Below are positions 1 to 13,207 of a DNA stretch of 64,000 bases, piece after piece. The DNA is from Felis catus (taxonomy: Eukaryota). A model generated the notes under the pieces. It saw only the letters and a list, made by a program, of their open reading frames with translations, made no database searches and had not been told where the DNA came from. A program made the position numbers and the translations under genes. Position 1 is the stretch's first letter; each line of letters opens with the position of its first letter. The stretch covers positions 74,092,001 through 74,156,000 of the forward strand of contig NC_058368.1 of NCBI RefSeq assembly GCF_018350175.1. Reading direction: 5' to 3'.

Positions 1-1364
1 GCCAGATTGTCTTACATAAGCATCTCATTTGAGATAAAACCTTCCTCGCTGGTGCCGTTAATCACCTTACCTCTTCCCTTCCCCTAGGAATCCCTGGTGA
101 CAGAGCAAGTGCAAGCTGTTTTGTGTCTGTGTTGCAGCTAGCTCAGGATCAATTAGTACTTCTCACAGAGCTGTCGTGCAGAGATACAGCAGGGGACGTG
201 GACAAAGTCAACTGTTGCGAGGCCACGGTGCACAGTTGAGTTGCCTACAACCTGTGGGGACACCAAAATGGCGGTCACAGCTAATGGTGTCAGCCTGAGC
301 TTTTTATTGTAACAGAAGAATGAAGCCATGACCTGGTGGGGGTCGGGGGAGGTCGACTATTAGCCCGGAAGTGCTGGTTTTGTTAGCTCTCTTGCAAATG
401 AATGGGCGACTCCCAGAGTGACACTGCAAGGCCTTCAGCAGCCCACCTCCTCCAGGGCTGTGGGGGAAGATCCAGGAAGCAGGCCCTGCAGACGTCCCGG
501 GATTTCCGCTCAGTGTAATGCAAAGAAAAAGTACAGGCAACATTGAAAGACAATGAAAAAGTCTACTTGGGATGTGCTTGGCTCTGGCCTTGGCCTCTCT
601 CCTCCCCAGCACTTGCTCCTTTGTTACTTTTGTTGCCCCTGTGGCCCTGCCGGGGGGGCCATGTGTTGATGTGGCATTGCCAACTCAGGACTTCTCAGAG
701 GCTAGACTCTCCCGGGCCCCTTACCGGTTTGCATGTTGAGTTGTTCTCGAATACTTCATGCCGTGATTACAGACCAGACCTAAGGAGCTTATTTCTATTG
801 ACTGATGGGTGACTCAGTCATTCTTTTATTCACCCAGCTATTCACTGGTTCCCTTCAGCAAGGAAGCCTTACCTAACGCCTACTCAGTGCTTGTCACTTT
901 GGGAGATGTAGAAGAAAGGAAATAAACACCACCCTCCCCATCCAGAGCCACCCGTAGATGGGGGCAGCTTGTCACTGTCTGAGGGGGCACATGCTGGCCT
1001 GGGGCGGGGGGGAACCAATAATGCAGAACTGATTTCTAGTTCCAGGCCCTGTAATCTGATAGCAGTGGGAGCTGGTACCCGGTAGGCTTAGCTATCTTGG
1101 GAGACACTGACAAACACAATAATGGAGGGGAGGAAAGTACTGGGTCAGCTCTATCCACTCTATCGATTATTTATTGACTATCTATCTATAATCATCTATG
1201 TATCTATCATACCTTTGTATGGATATACATATATACACATAGACACAGACAAATATATGAATCTATACATACATATGTGTATATATACCTACATTTTAAA
1301 TTTTTTCATGAAAACTATCCAGAGATATTAATTTCTATTGACTGATGGGTGAAATTAATATTTC

Positions 1365-1577
1365 TTTTTTATTTTAATGTTTATATTTGAAGGAGAGAGA
1401 GAGACAGAGCGTGAGCGGGGAGGGGCAGAGAGAGAGAGGGAGATACAGAATCCGAAGCAGACTCCAGGCTCCGAGCTGTCAGCACGGAGCTTGACGTGGG
1501 GCTCCAACTCAAGAGCCGTGAGATCATGTCCCGGGGCAAAGTCGGATGCCCAACTGACTGAGCCACCCAGGCGCCCC
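1365..1577 (-). mobile_element. Can-SINE (SINEC)
   Basis: Reverse complement of GGGGCGCCTGGGTGGCTCAGTC head, (CT)n tract and A-rich tail; degraded TSD ATTAATATTTC. Confidence 0.95.
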
Positions 1578-2445
1578 ATGGGATATTAATATTTCTAATT
1601 CATAGCAAATTAACTTAAAGTTTAGAGATTGGGAAGAAAGAAATTGACGGAGCTACTCTGCACCCACACAGTTCTGGCCAAACCCAACACTATTTCTGAG
1701 AAACTGTCCTCACATGGCAGACACATCGCCCAGTTCTTCCTGCCTTACCATCAGTGTATTAACTGAATCCACAGAAAAATAAGCATGGTTGTTGTTATTT
1801 CAAACTTCTTTTGGTTACAGGAGCTACTCATTTTTTTTTCTTTTTATGCCCAGATTCGTTCATATCCTGTGGGTCCCTATAGGAACACAGCGCAGCCCTA
1901 ATTCCTTTCCCAAGGGCTAATCTCTCCTCAGCTGTGCCGAGGTGTGGCCATCAGGTAATAAATGTTTCCATGTTAATAATTCCATCTTAGAGTGTTTAGG
2001 TTTTAGACCATCCTCTTTCAATAGTTCGGAAATCATATTTTAGACCTTCAAGAGCACGTGTCTTATGTTACGCCCTGAAGTGCTCAGTAAGTGTGATTTG
2101 AACATCTTGAAAAAAATATTTTCATGGGTAGCAATGGAAGCAAAGAGAAGCTTCAGCCTAATTCTGCTAGACATTTTCTAGGTTTCACGTATCAACTCTG
2201 AGCACACTTAGGTCTGAAATTTGAGAAGCCTACCTACTTGAGAGGGAAGGAAGGAGGGTATGGTGAGGCACCAAAGCTCTTTCCATTTGCCCAGTCTTTG
2301 GAGGGTACACATTTTTCCATAAGTCATAGACTAGTGGCTCACCTCAGGGCATCTCAAGTTGGTTCCGTCCAGCCTCTAAGCTTTCCCACTCTGGTCAAAG
2401 AATAAATGTGGGTAAAGTAGTCACCATCCCACCAGATACCCCACT

Positions 2446-2814
2446 TACTTAGTCTGTTTGGGCTGCCATAACAAACTATCACAGACTGGGTGGCTTAACG
2501 AACAGCAATTTATTTTCTCATACTTCCACAGGCTGGGGAGTACAAGATCAAGGTGCTGGCTGATTTGGTTCCCTGGTGGGAGCTCTCTTCCCGGCTTGCA
2601 GATGGCCACCTGCTTGCTGCATCCTCACAACAAGAGAGAGTGATCTCTCTCCCTACGTCTTCTTATGAGACCACTAATCACATCATGAGGGCTCACTCTC
2701 ATGACCTCGTGTGGCCCTCACTACCTCCCAGAGGCCCCGTGTCCAAATACCATCACATTGTGGGTTATGGCTTCAACGTATGAATTTGGGGAGGACACCA
2801 TTCAGTCCATAGCA
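2446..2814 (-). mobile_element. MaLR LTR (MLT1A-like)
   Basis: TTAGTCTGTTTGGGCTGCCATAACAAA...AAGATCAAGGTGCTGGC...ATTCAGTCCATAGCA resembles reverse MLT1 consensus. Confidence 0.85.
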
Positions 2815-3839
2815 CTGGGGTTTAGTGTCCTGGGTATTTGTGGTGGACGGTGTCAGGCTGGAGAGGGGGATTGCTCATGCCACTGAGTCGCACCGTCTTG
2901 GAGCGATGTCTTGAGGTGGGGGTCAGCATCCCTGCTAGTGAGCGATTACAAGCGAGATGCCAGAAGCTACCAAAAAGAGAGCCCTCGCAGTTACCGAGAG
3001 GATGAGAATGAGAGTTCCCTGGTCCCACAGAACATCAGTGGGTAGGCTTATAGGAGGAAGGAGGTGGCTTAGTTCCCTGGGGGCTTCCTGGGTCTCAGAA
3101 TGGCCCCTCATCTTTTGAAAGTCTGTAGATTTCTCTTCCAGCTCCTGCTTCACATTCTGTCCAATTCCTAGCGTCTTGCCTCCTCCCTCCACTCCCCAGA
3201 GACACTACCTATTACATTCTTCTTCTGCATGTCCGTTCGTAATCAATCCTGACGGTCCCGATTTTCAATAACAACATCAAGAGTAAGCTTCCCTTAGATG
3301 ACCAGGAAGACATTTTCCGTAAACAATACCAGGAGTTTGGAGTAGGGAACGGGGAAAGCATTTGTATTGGTATTTATTTTACTTTGATTTTGTTTATTAT
3401 ATGGCGAAGAGTGAGAAAAAAAACAATGAAAGTGTCACATTGCCGTTTTAAAATATCATTGACTTTATTTCTTAGTGAGACTCTAAGTCTGAAAGAACCT
3501 ACATACTATACTTTGACACCAATTGGTAAATTAGTAAAACCAAACCAAAATGCATTTCTAAGAAAGGCCATTCAAACACATGGCATCATTGTTTTCCATA
3601 TGAAGACATCACTGACCCCTATAAATAAAATTGGATATCCCTTCCTGTCTGTGGCCATGGTACCTATCGCATACTTCTATTTTCGCATCTCTCACATTAT
3701 CTTACGCTACATATTTTCCTATAAATTTCCTGCCCTAATCTGCAAATTCTTGGAGGGTAAAGCTCTGCTGTACTCACCACGGTATACTTAGTGTTGAGCC
3801 AGTTACCAGAGACATGACAGTTGTTAATAAACGTTTATT

Positions 3840-3959
3840 GGGGTGCCTGGGTGACTCAGTCAGTTAAGCGTCTGATTTCAGCTCGGGTCCTGATCTCCCG
3901 GTCATGAGATCGGGCCCTGAGTTGGGCTCTGCACTGGGTATGGAGGCTGCTTGAAAATT

Positions 3960-4000
<41 letters not shown>

Positions 4001-4041
4001 GCCCCTCTCCCGCATGCTCTCTCGAAAAAAAACAAAATAAA
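3840..4041 (+). mobile_element. Can-SINE, older subfamily
   Basis: GGGGTGCCTGGGTGACTCAGTCAGTTAAG head, (CT)n, A tail. Confidence 0.93.
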
Positions 4042-6037
4042 GTAAAAGTTTACTTGTTGAAAAAAGTCCTTTGAAGATCACTTAAACACATAAGTTCATT
4101 TGTTCATTCAAAGGTTATTGGGCGCTTAATACGTGTAGAGTAGGTATAGATGTTGTTAGTGTCACTTCCAAAACTGACCGGATGAGGAAATTCTTAACAT
4201 CTTGTCAACTCTTCAGCCTTGCCATCTTGCCATTGCACAAAACAGCATTCTCTGGGCTTAGTTCAGTCCCTATGGGATACAAAACAGACCGGGATTCAAG
4301 TCACCAAGGGGCCCTCATTAGCTAGGTGAACTTCAACAAGTTTTGTAACCAATGGACCCTAAATCCTCTTCTGAAAACAAATGGGTTGTACAGGACGGCA
4401 TCTTAGTTCACTTAAATTCATTTGTTCATGTGCAATCATGGTATGAAGATGCTTATAAGACGAGGGGAGATTTTAATATAAAGCTACACCGAGCGGCGCT
4501 GAGAAACAGTAATTCTATACCATTATAAAATTTGTCGTAATGCCACAAGGTGAATCTTTTTTCTCTCTCAGTTGTTAGAAGAAATCTTAGAGGTCACATA
4601 CCAGCTGGGACAATGCAGAATATTATCGAAAGCAATTCGTAAATTGAGCAGACTCTAAGACTCAATACCTTCTGTGAGATTTAGTGAGGGTTTTTTTTGG
4701 CTATTTTGGGCAGACGAAATTGGAAAATTACTGTGAGCTGACAAAGGAGAAATAGAAAAGTGAGTCTAGTCGTTAAAGTACTACCAAATGGTAGTTTTCA
4801 TCAGATAAGTTTCGGTATGACTAGTTCTAAAAGTTGGTTGGGCTCATTCTTAGAAAGAAGAATCTGCAAATCCAATCATATATGTGCTCATGGTTTGCAT
4901 CTCAATTATACATTTGCAGGCACTTTCCTGTCATGCTAATGAGGTTTTTGCCACCGCATGGCCCCGGTGACAGTTGGATCCACAAACAGCAGTTCATCAA
5001 TTGATTGCAGGTGTTTCCCCTTGGAAAATAAAAACTGCATGTACAGACCACAAGGTGAGGGAAAATCGATTTTCAACAGCCACACAATCTGGTGAGTTCT
5101 GAAATACTGCTTTGGGAAACAAATTCTCTTGCTGCTGTTTTCATATATAAATACATTCCATTTATAAAATATAGGACCACTGTCTTCAACAGCAATAAGG
5201 ATTCCTAAGTTAAAAATTAACTACAGTGTACCTAAGAAGGGACAGAACCTTTTTTTTTCTAATTAATAGAACATAAAATCTCAAAATATTAAATGGCATT
5301 GTCCATTGTTCTTCTTAAGGAAGTCATTTGCATTTTTATTATATTTGAAGGTCCCTGTCGAACACATTTCTTAACGTACATGAAAGACCAGTTGGATTAG
5401 AAACCCCCCAATTTCAATTTAGGCAGCTACCAGTAATGTATGTAACCTTGCATTCGCCAAGTTTGGGATTTCATTTATACTTATATCTTATTTGAATTCT
5501 CAAGTAAATGCTTGACACAGTCATGTGTCATCAGACCCCCTTTCCCAAAGGAGGTTTTCTTCTCTACAAACATCTAGACTTTTAGCGTAGAACCTTGTTT
5601 TTCTCCTAATTGACCTGTCTGCTTTTATCCTTTCTTACCACAGTTGGCTGTGGATGATTTCACCAGCCACAACTTCTGGCAACATTTTTCACACCTCGGC
5701 CCAGCTGTCTTAGAGTCTAAATAAGCATGTTCTTCCACCCAAAAATATTGCAAATGTTGAAATATATTCTTTGAAAAATAACTGTACGTGTAGGGTTACT
5801 TGTGGATAATAGCTTGCACGTTCTGTGATACACAAGTAAACACAAAACATAAACATCGATACATTTCAAAATGTATTCATGTTCACATAACTCTTGATAA
5901 CCCAGACACCTAGGGGTGAGTTTCCACCCATGTTTCCTAGTTTCAGTATGTTCTGTATAAGGACTATGAACAAATTGTTCATTACAATATAATCATGTTC
6001 CCAAGTTTACCCATTACTTTTAGCTCTAGATCTAAGA

Positions 6038-6229
6038 CAGTGTTCCTTAACCCTCAGCATGACTGGCGTTTGGGGCCGGATGAGTCTTTGTTGGAGGGTT
6101 TACCTTGTGGGATGCTTGTTCCTGGACTCTGCAAACCGGATGCCAAGAGCAACCCTTCTTCCTGCGCTCCTGGAATCTTGTCTCCAAACGTGCCCTGGGA
6201 AGCAAAATCATGCCATTTGAGGACGATTG
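6038..6229. mobile_element. MER20-like hAT-Charlie DNA transposon remnant
   Basis: CAGTGTTCCTTAACC...GGGCCGGAT...GATGCCA...TGTCTCCAAAC...GCAAAATC...TTGAGGACGATTG follows MER20 layout with decayed TIRs. Confidence 0.75.
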
Positions 6230-7214
6230 ACCTACAGCCTTTATTGGAGAAAGTCTTTGAAGCCCCTCCGTCAGCGCCTATTTTGCAACAATTGGCAGTT
6301 GGCGATAAAGACACACGGATTCTGATGCTCATTTCTGTCAAATTTTGAGGACCTTGACAATCGGGAGAGAGCACTCTGAGTTAGGACAGGACGCATCGAT
6401 TTTTCTTGCTCTTTCTGACTGTTTCTTTGATATTGGACAATTTTTTTTTTAATTCTGGAGATTGGTTTCCTCATTTATTAATAGAGGTAGTGAGTGAATA
6501 GAGAATCCTATATTCTTCACAACACAGCAATTCTGTACGATCGCTTTGCACATTTATTTTAAGGACGAATGGGGGTACCTGGAACAATATCAAATATTTG
6601 AACCTAAAATATCTGCAGAACTTTAAGTACTACCTGTTAAGGTCATTCCTCGCGTCTGCCAGTCCATTACCTTTCTGTCCCCTGCTGTAGGCCCAATTGG
6701 AAACTCGCTCTTTCCAGAAGCCCTTTCCTGATTAAGTTGACCCTAATTCCAAATTGTGTAAGTCTTCCTTTGGAATTTTCTTCAGAGCCAGTTTATGAGT
6801 CATTCAAGGAAATAAGTCTCATTACTTTATAATCACACCTCGTTTGGGACCCCAAATAGAGTTACATAGCCTGATCACTCACTTAATTCACTAGCTTTGG
6901 CTCCAAAAGACTTTTACTGTTTCCAAAACAAAGCTGGCTTGCCAAAGTTGAAGATTTGTCAACTTTGCACGGACTGGAAAGGTGGTGTTGCAGACTCTGA
7001 AAACAATTGCAAAAGAGAACTTTCATAAAATTGGAGCCACAGAAGACTGTGGGGTTGACAAAGTGAAAAGAATCACGTTGGATGCGGGCGACTATCATCT
7101 GAGTGTTTTATATCAGTTTGAAAAATCGATCCCGCAAGGATTTACACACCATATATGTTTGTAGGAGGTTATCGATCCTTATGTGGCTATTTTGCCATAA
7201 ATATCGTGTTGCTT

Positions 7215-8340
7215 TTATCCTCCACTTTCTTGCCCCTCTCTGGCTCTGACCGCTCTCTTGGCTTATCCACAACCTTAGTTAAATCCAACTGTTCTTAACT
7301 TGTGTTTTTTCCTGTGCATTTTAATATGGCCAAAGTAAAAGGACACATCGTCTTGACTAGTCTCGTTTGAAATCCCCAACCGTGAGCCCCAAGGAAGCAT
7401 TTAATTCTATGACCATCTTCCTCTATTTCCCTGGTTCATGGATCCATCTTTCTACTGATCTAGACTCTCCTTTCTTGTCCTCTTTTTCTCATTTAAACCC
7501 TTGCCGCCCCCTCTTTCGAGTTCACTTTTTCTCTCCTTGCCTACTCAAGGGCATTCTAGGACCTCTTCCTCCCTCTTCTCTCCCTTTTTACCGGCCTCGC
7601 TTCTGTTTCACACCCACTTTATTTTCTATGACCACTATTTACTCCCTGCATCAGAACGCTGGCCTTTTTGCTGTTCATCAAATCTGCCAGGCACATAATT
7701 GCCCTTGAACATCGTCTCTGTCATCTGCACGCTCAGCCTGGAATCGCAAGGCTGACTCCCTCAGCTCCTTCAGCTGGTCCTCAGTGCCACCTTCTCACCA
7801 AGGGCATGCATCCCTCACTCCTGCGTCTAAATTCTTTTTTAATGTTCATTTCTATTGAGAGAGAGAAAGAGAGAGAGAGAGGGAGAGAGATCGTAAGCAG
7901 GGGAGTCACAGACAGAATCTGACGCAGGCTCCAGGCTCCGACGTGTCAGCACAGAGCCCAGCATGGGGCCTGAACCCACAAACGGTGAGATCGTGACTTG
8001 AGTGGAAATCTGACACTTGACCAACTGGGCCCCCCGGGGTTCCCTCATCCCTATGTCTAAAACTGCACCTAGTCACACCATCCCCAGCACCACAGGGCCC
8101 CCTCCTGCCTGTTCTCCCAATGTTCTCCTCTATCTGCCCAGTTTTTAAAGCCTTTACAACATTTAACATATCATAGAACTTACATGGTAGTATAATTTCA
8201 TTACTTAGTTCTTATTGTCTGTTTCCCCCAGGACAACATGAAGGAAGAAAGTTACAATTTTTTTTCGGTTTTATTCCCCTGTTCTATTTCAAGGGCCCAG
8301 ACTTGTTCCCAGCCCAGAATAATAAGAGGTCAGTGAATAT
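7215..8340 (+). mobile_element. L2 LINE remnant interrupted by a SINE
   Basis: Pyrimidine-rich L2-like internal and 3' motifs (TTAAATCCAACT, CACCTTCTCA, TTATTGTCTGTTTCCCCCA). Confidence 0.6.
7833..8044 (-). mobile_element. Can-SINE
   Basis: SINE body, (GA)n and T tail on + strand; degraded TSD around GTCTAAA. Confidence 0.93.
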
Positions 8341-8347
8341 ATACGTA

Positions 8348-8378
<31 letters not shown>

Positions 8379-9092
8379 ATACACAACAATTAAATTTCAA
8401 TGAAAATTTACCTCTTAGATATCAGTAATGCTATGTCTCTCAGTGAATTCAAATTTGCTTGAGGTCAGGAATTGTACTCCTTTGCTCACGACCTTTGTAG
8501 AACAATTAGAACATATTTATACATATAGAAGGGGCTCAATAAATGCTTCCCAGATGATGAACATTTACAAATATAATCTTTTCAAAGCTCATCTCAGTGT
8601 GGAGTTAGTCTATCAATACACCATTTTCAGAACATTGAGTACAAATGAAATAGACACACACACATGGCACAATGATCTCGGATAATGTAATGTTTCTCTG
8701 TTTCTTTTATTGACTAGCAATTATAACAATGCGAATGTCACCGTGACAATATGTACGATGGGTAGACAGAAACACTGGTGCAAAACCTTGAAACGATAAA
8801 CATTTTCCTGAGAATTATTTGACAACGTTCTCTGTGGAGACGGTGATAACCGAATTGACATTCATAAGCAAGTAGTGAAAGTTAGGGAATCAATGAAACA
8901 AAACTTGATTTTTCTTAGAAAAGTGTAGAAAAATGGATCACCCTTGTGTCAGATTTGCACAATCCTAGCAATAAAAGAGGCAGCCGAAGCATGGAGGCTG
9001 CATACGAACCTTGATAATTGATCACACCCAAGTTGGGTGTTTGGGGCAGGCATTGGTACCTATGCTAACTGAGCAGGTCAGATACACAATTT

Positions 9093-9343
9093 TTTTTTTT
9101 TTTAATAAATGGGCAAGTGTGCCTACATTTAATTTTTTTTAATGTTTATTTATTTTTGACAGAGAGAGAGACAAAGCGTGAGCGGGGAAGGGGCAGAGAG
9201 AGAGGGAGACATAGAATCAGAAGCAGGCTCCAGGCTCTGAGCGGTCAGCACAGAGCCCGACGGGGGGCTCGAACTCCCAGACCGTGAGATCATGACCCGA
9301 GCCGAAGTCGGAGGCTCAACTGACTAAGCCACCCAGGCGCCCC
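9093..9343 (-). mobile_element. Can-SINE with extra 3' tag and second poly(A)
   Basis: Perfect 15-bp TSD TCAGATACACAATTT at 9078-9092 and 9344-9358. Confidence 0.97.
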
Positions 9344-9749
9344 TCAGATACACAATTTCTTAACCCCAGTGAGGATGAGTACAAACAGAAACTGTCACAG
9401 GCCATTTTTTGAACATTTTTGCTTTTCATTGACAAAAATTATTTTAAAAATTACTCAGGCAGTAAATGAATACTCTGCCTTTATCCTCGACCTAATTCTT
9501 CTCCCACATCCAGAGGTGACCACTTTTCATCCTTGAGAGGACCCCTTCCAAACCCATTTTCCATGCAATTAGACATATGGGTGTGTGTTCATAAGTGTAC
9601 ATGCACATACACGAATACACACACACACACAGGTTTTATGTTTAGGTAAGTGCGGCATATGGTATATATTAGTTTGTGGTTTATTATTTTCTCTAATTCT
9701 GTGTTTTGGAGAGGTGTATTTGTCATTACCTGTAAATCTATCTCTTTTC

Positions 9750-10250
9750 TTATTGAGGTGTAATTGACATAGAACATTACCTTAGTTTCAGGTGTACAAC
9801 ATAATGATTCAATATTTGTATACATTGCAAAATGATCACTGTAGTTAACATCCGTCACCTTACATCGTTAGAGCTTTTTTATTTTTCGTGCTGAGAAATT
9901 TTAAGATCGACTCTCTTAGCAACTTTCAAATATGCAATAAGGTGTCATTAACTGTAACTGTCAGGATGCACATTATTACATCCCATGGCTTATTTATTTT
10001 ATAACTGGAAGTTTGTACCTTTTGACCCCTTGACCCATTTTGTCACCTCCCCACCACCTGTCTCTGGCAACCACCAATCTCTTCTCTGTATGTTTGAACC
10101 ATTTTTTTTTATTACACATGTATGTGAGAGCATACATAATTTGTTTTCTCTATCCGTTTTGTCTCACTTACCATAATGTCCTCGAGGTCCACCCATGTCG
10201 TTGCAAATATCTCATTCTTTTATAATGGTTACATAATATTCTATAGAAGT
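9750..10250 (-). mobile_element. L1 3' end (L1MA-like), embedded in older L1 sequence (about 9400-10680)
   Basis: TTATTGAGGTGTAATTGACAT...TTTCAGGTGTACAACATAATGATTC...ACTGGAAGTTTGTACCTTTTGACC typical of reverse L1MA 3' UTR. Confidence 0.8.
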
Positions 10251-11136
10251 AACACATTACAATTTATTTGATTATTCCTATCTTGATACACTTGTATTGC
10301 TTCTAGCTTTTTGTATTTAGATCCATTGGGAATTAGATCCAATTTATAAATGTGTGTATATGCTCCTGAAGGACAGACCCTTCAGAAGCAGGACTGTTGG
10401 GTCAAAGAGAATGTGACCTTTACATCTGATGGAAGATGCTAAATTATCTCCCTGAAAGTTCCGCTGATTTATGTTCCCATCAATATTATGTGAATTTATA
10501 TTGTGCCATTTTCTCACCATTGCTAGATATGATCTTTTTTTTTTTTTTTTTTTTTTTTTAATTTTCCCAGTCTGATAGGTGGGAAAGGACAACTTCTGGT
10601 TATTTTATATTTCAGTTCTTTTCACATTAGATGAGTTTATGGGTTTTCTTTTTTTGTATACCTATTGGTAGATGCACACTTTACTTCAGAATGTGGCTGG
10701 GCAAGAAAAAGAACTTACAAGTAGAGACACCACATCAGTGCTGATCAGCTTTATCTCCTATTAGAATTGCTCGGGTCTTTCAAGTTCATTCAGCTGTGTA
10801 TTAGTACTGATGTCTGACCACACCCTCAATGTGTTAATTATTCCAGGGTGGAACCACAGAAACATTTTTTTTTCCTTATTTCTCATGTAAGCTGAAATTT
10901 TGGGAAGTTTATTTAGCCTTCTTGTTTCTGCCCAGTCTCTTGGGTGATGAGGTCAATTTGTCAGGACGTGGGCTTGTGTAGATGGATTACAGATTCTTCC
11001 ATAGGTCGATGACTTGGGGCCACTTTCATGGTGTGGCTCAGGTTCCCAGACGTGGCCAGATTACCTAATCTATGTCACAGATGGTTTATGTTTACTTTCT
11101 AAGTAAGAGGACATGTGCTGCATTTATTTTGGAACT

Positions 11137-11182
<46 letters not shown>

Positions 11183-11414
11183 TTATTTATAGACGTATAC
11201 ACTAATATATTCACATAAAATGTAAAATCAAGAAGGGCGGTCAAGTTCCGGGGTTTCAGGTTCCACTGCATGACCCTGGGTATCTCAAGACCAAATATAG
11301 GACCAAAGCAAAAATTCCCTTGGCATTAACCACGTGGTGGTATTGCCCTTCTCTTGAAAGTAACTCTTCAGTGCACCTGCTGGTCTTTGTAAGTGTTCTG
11401 CTTATCTGCCAATG

Positions 11415-11848
11415 GCGGAACGGGTTATCCCCAACCTCATGTTTAAAACAACAGCATTAATTTCGTTCGCTTGCTAATTTGCATCTTTGTCAGGGCGAGG
11501 TGGAGAGAGCTCACCGGCGTCCTACACGGTGTCAGCTGGGGCAGGCGGCTCTGTGGGAAAGGGACGGGGCCCCCAGGATGGCTTCTGCACACGGCGGACC
11601 AGGGGGCACTGCTGGCAGGTTCTCTCCACGTGGGGCTTGCCTCAGGGTTCCCCTCCCACCTGGTGGTGGCTGTGTTCAAGAGCCGCCTGTGTCTGAAGGC
11701 CTGGGCACAGGAATCAGCACAGCATCACTTCTGCTGTACCCAACTGCTCCAGCGGACCCAGAGTCCAGGTTCAAAAGTAGGGAACAATCCCCCACTTCTA
11801 GATTGGAAGACATTCCAATCCATTTGGGCCCTGTGTTCAAAATGCCGC
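11415..11848 (-). mobile_element. Old MaLR LTR (MLT1-family)
   Basis: TTTAAAACAACA...GTCAGCTGGGGC...CACAGCATCACTTCTGCTGTA...CCCACTTCTAGATTGGA motifs typical of reverse MLT1. Confidence 0.65.
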
Positions 11849-13207
11849 ATAAAACCAAATCCCTGTTTATAAAGTTTCCCATGCGTTCACATGAAATAAA
11901 CTTTGGTATGTTGTACAGAACTTTTCATCCCAAACATGAGTTTGGGCATGTGAAAATAAGGCCAGATTCAGAAGAAGGTACTGCCATGAACACAGCAGGC
12001 ATATACATATTGTTACTGAAATTTATCTACACCTCAAAAAAACCATCTTTACTCCCCTTGAGTGCTCATAGCACATCTGAGGAAGTGAAAATAAAATTCG
12101 CTGGATGCGTTTTTTAAAAAAAACCATACCTTCACTACATGCGCTTGGTTATGATTTATTTTATGAGTCTGTTAAAGATTTCAGAGCTGATGAAGTGAAA
12201 TATCTCTGGTCAGTTGGTGACATCCGCTTAAAATAATGAGCAGAAGATTTTATTAGTTTATTTGTACCTCAAATCTCTTATTTATTCAATGTGCATTAGG
12301 GAGATTTCACCGAGGGATTTTGTTGGCACATTTATCAAACAAATGTGAACATTAAAGGGTATTGGTCTGAAAGCAGTTCATTCTACAAACCACATATAAT
12401 GATATGCTTTTTGGTCAAATTACAGAGCCTCAGTTGGCTTTAAATTTTTTGACTTTTTTGTTAGTTGAGCCTCTGTAATAAATATCATAAAGTGCAAATA
12501 TATTTGTGAGCTAATATTAAAACTCACTCCATTTTTCCCCCAAGAAATTCATCTCAGGAGCTGCTATACGCTTCTTGAATTGTTTTAATATAACAAAGCA
12601 AATGTCATCATCTTTTTTTGTTTGTTTTGTTTAGCATGGCTCTCTTCAAACGTAGGCTGAGGGCTTGTGAAATACAATGTTCAGAGGATAGGACTAGAGA
12701 TTATAAATGGCGTTTTCAACTATTTTCTGATGCATTAGCACATTTTGAATTGAATTGAATAGAATTCCCGATCCAGGCAACTTTTTAAAAATACAGGATC
12801 TACAGAATGGGTAGATCGTTTGTATAAGATAATGATGCCATGGATTTTTTACAATGTAACAAAATCTATTAACATTAAGAAGTCAACCCCCTCCCCCCCA
12901 ACATAAGAAAGGTTATCACTTTGTAATTTACCACCTTGACTTTCAGTAGAGCTAGCTCTTCCTTTGAGTTTTGGAAATGTCTTAGATTTCCGAATTGTTT
13001 GTTTTGTTATTTTTTTAAATTTTTGGCTGTACTGCTTATTCTTCTTAATCCTTCTCACAGAATCATGCATGTAATCTTCGTAAAGAGGCAGCTACTGCAA
13101 GTCGGTTGACAGACAATCTAGCGAAGCTTTATTGCCTTAGATGATGTTTGTGGATAGAGCCCTATTGGTTTTCCTTACGGTGATCTCATTTGCTAATGGT
13201 ACATTTT

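Noticed and set aside
1365..1577. tRNA-like A/B box sequence in SINE heads
   Set aside because: tRNA-derived SINE heads, not tRNA genes
11479..12117. 212-aa ORF, the longest in the window
   Set aside because: Non-ATG start, mostly within an MLT1-like LTR, no recognisable protein
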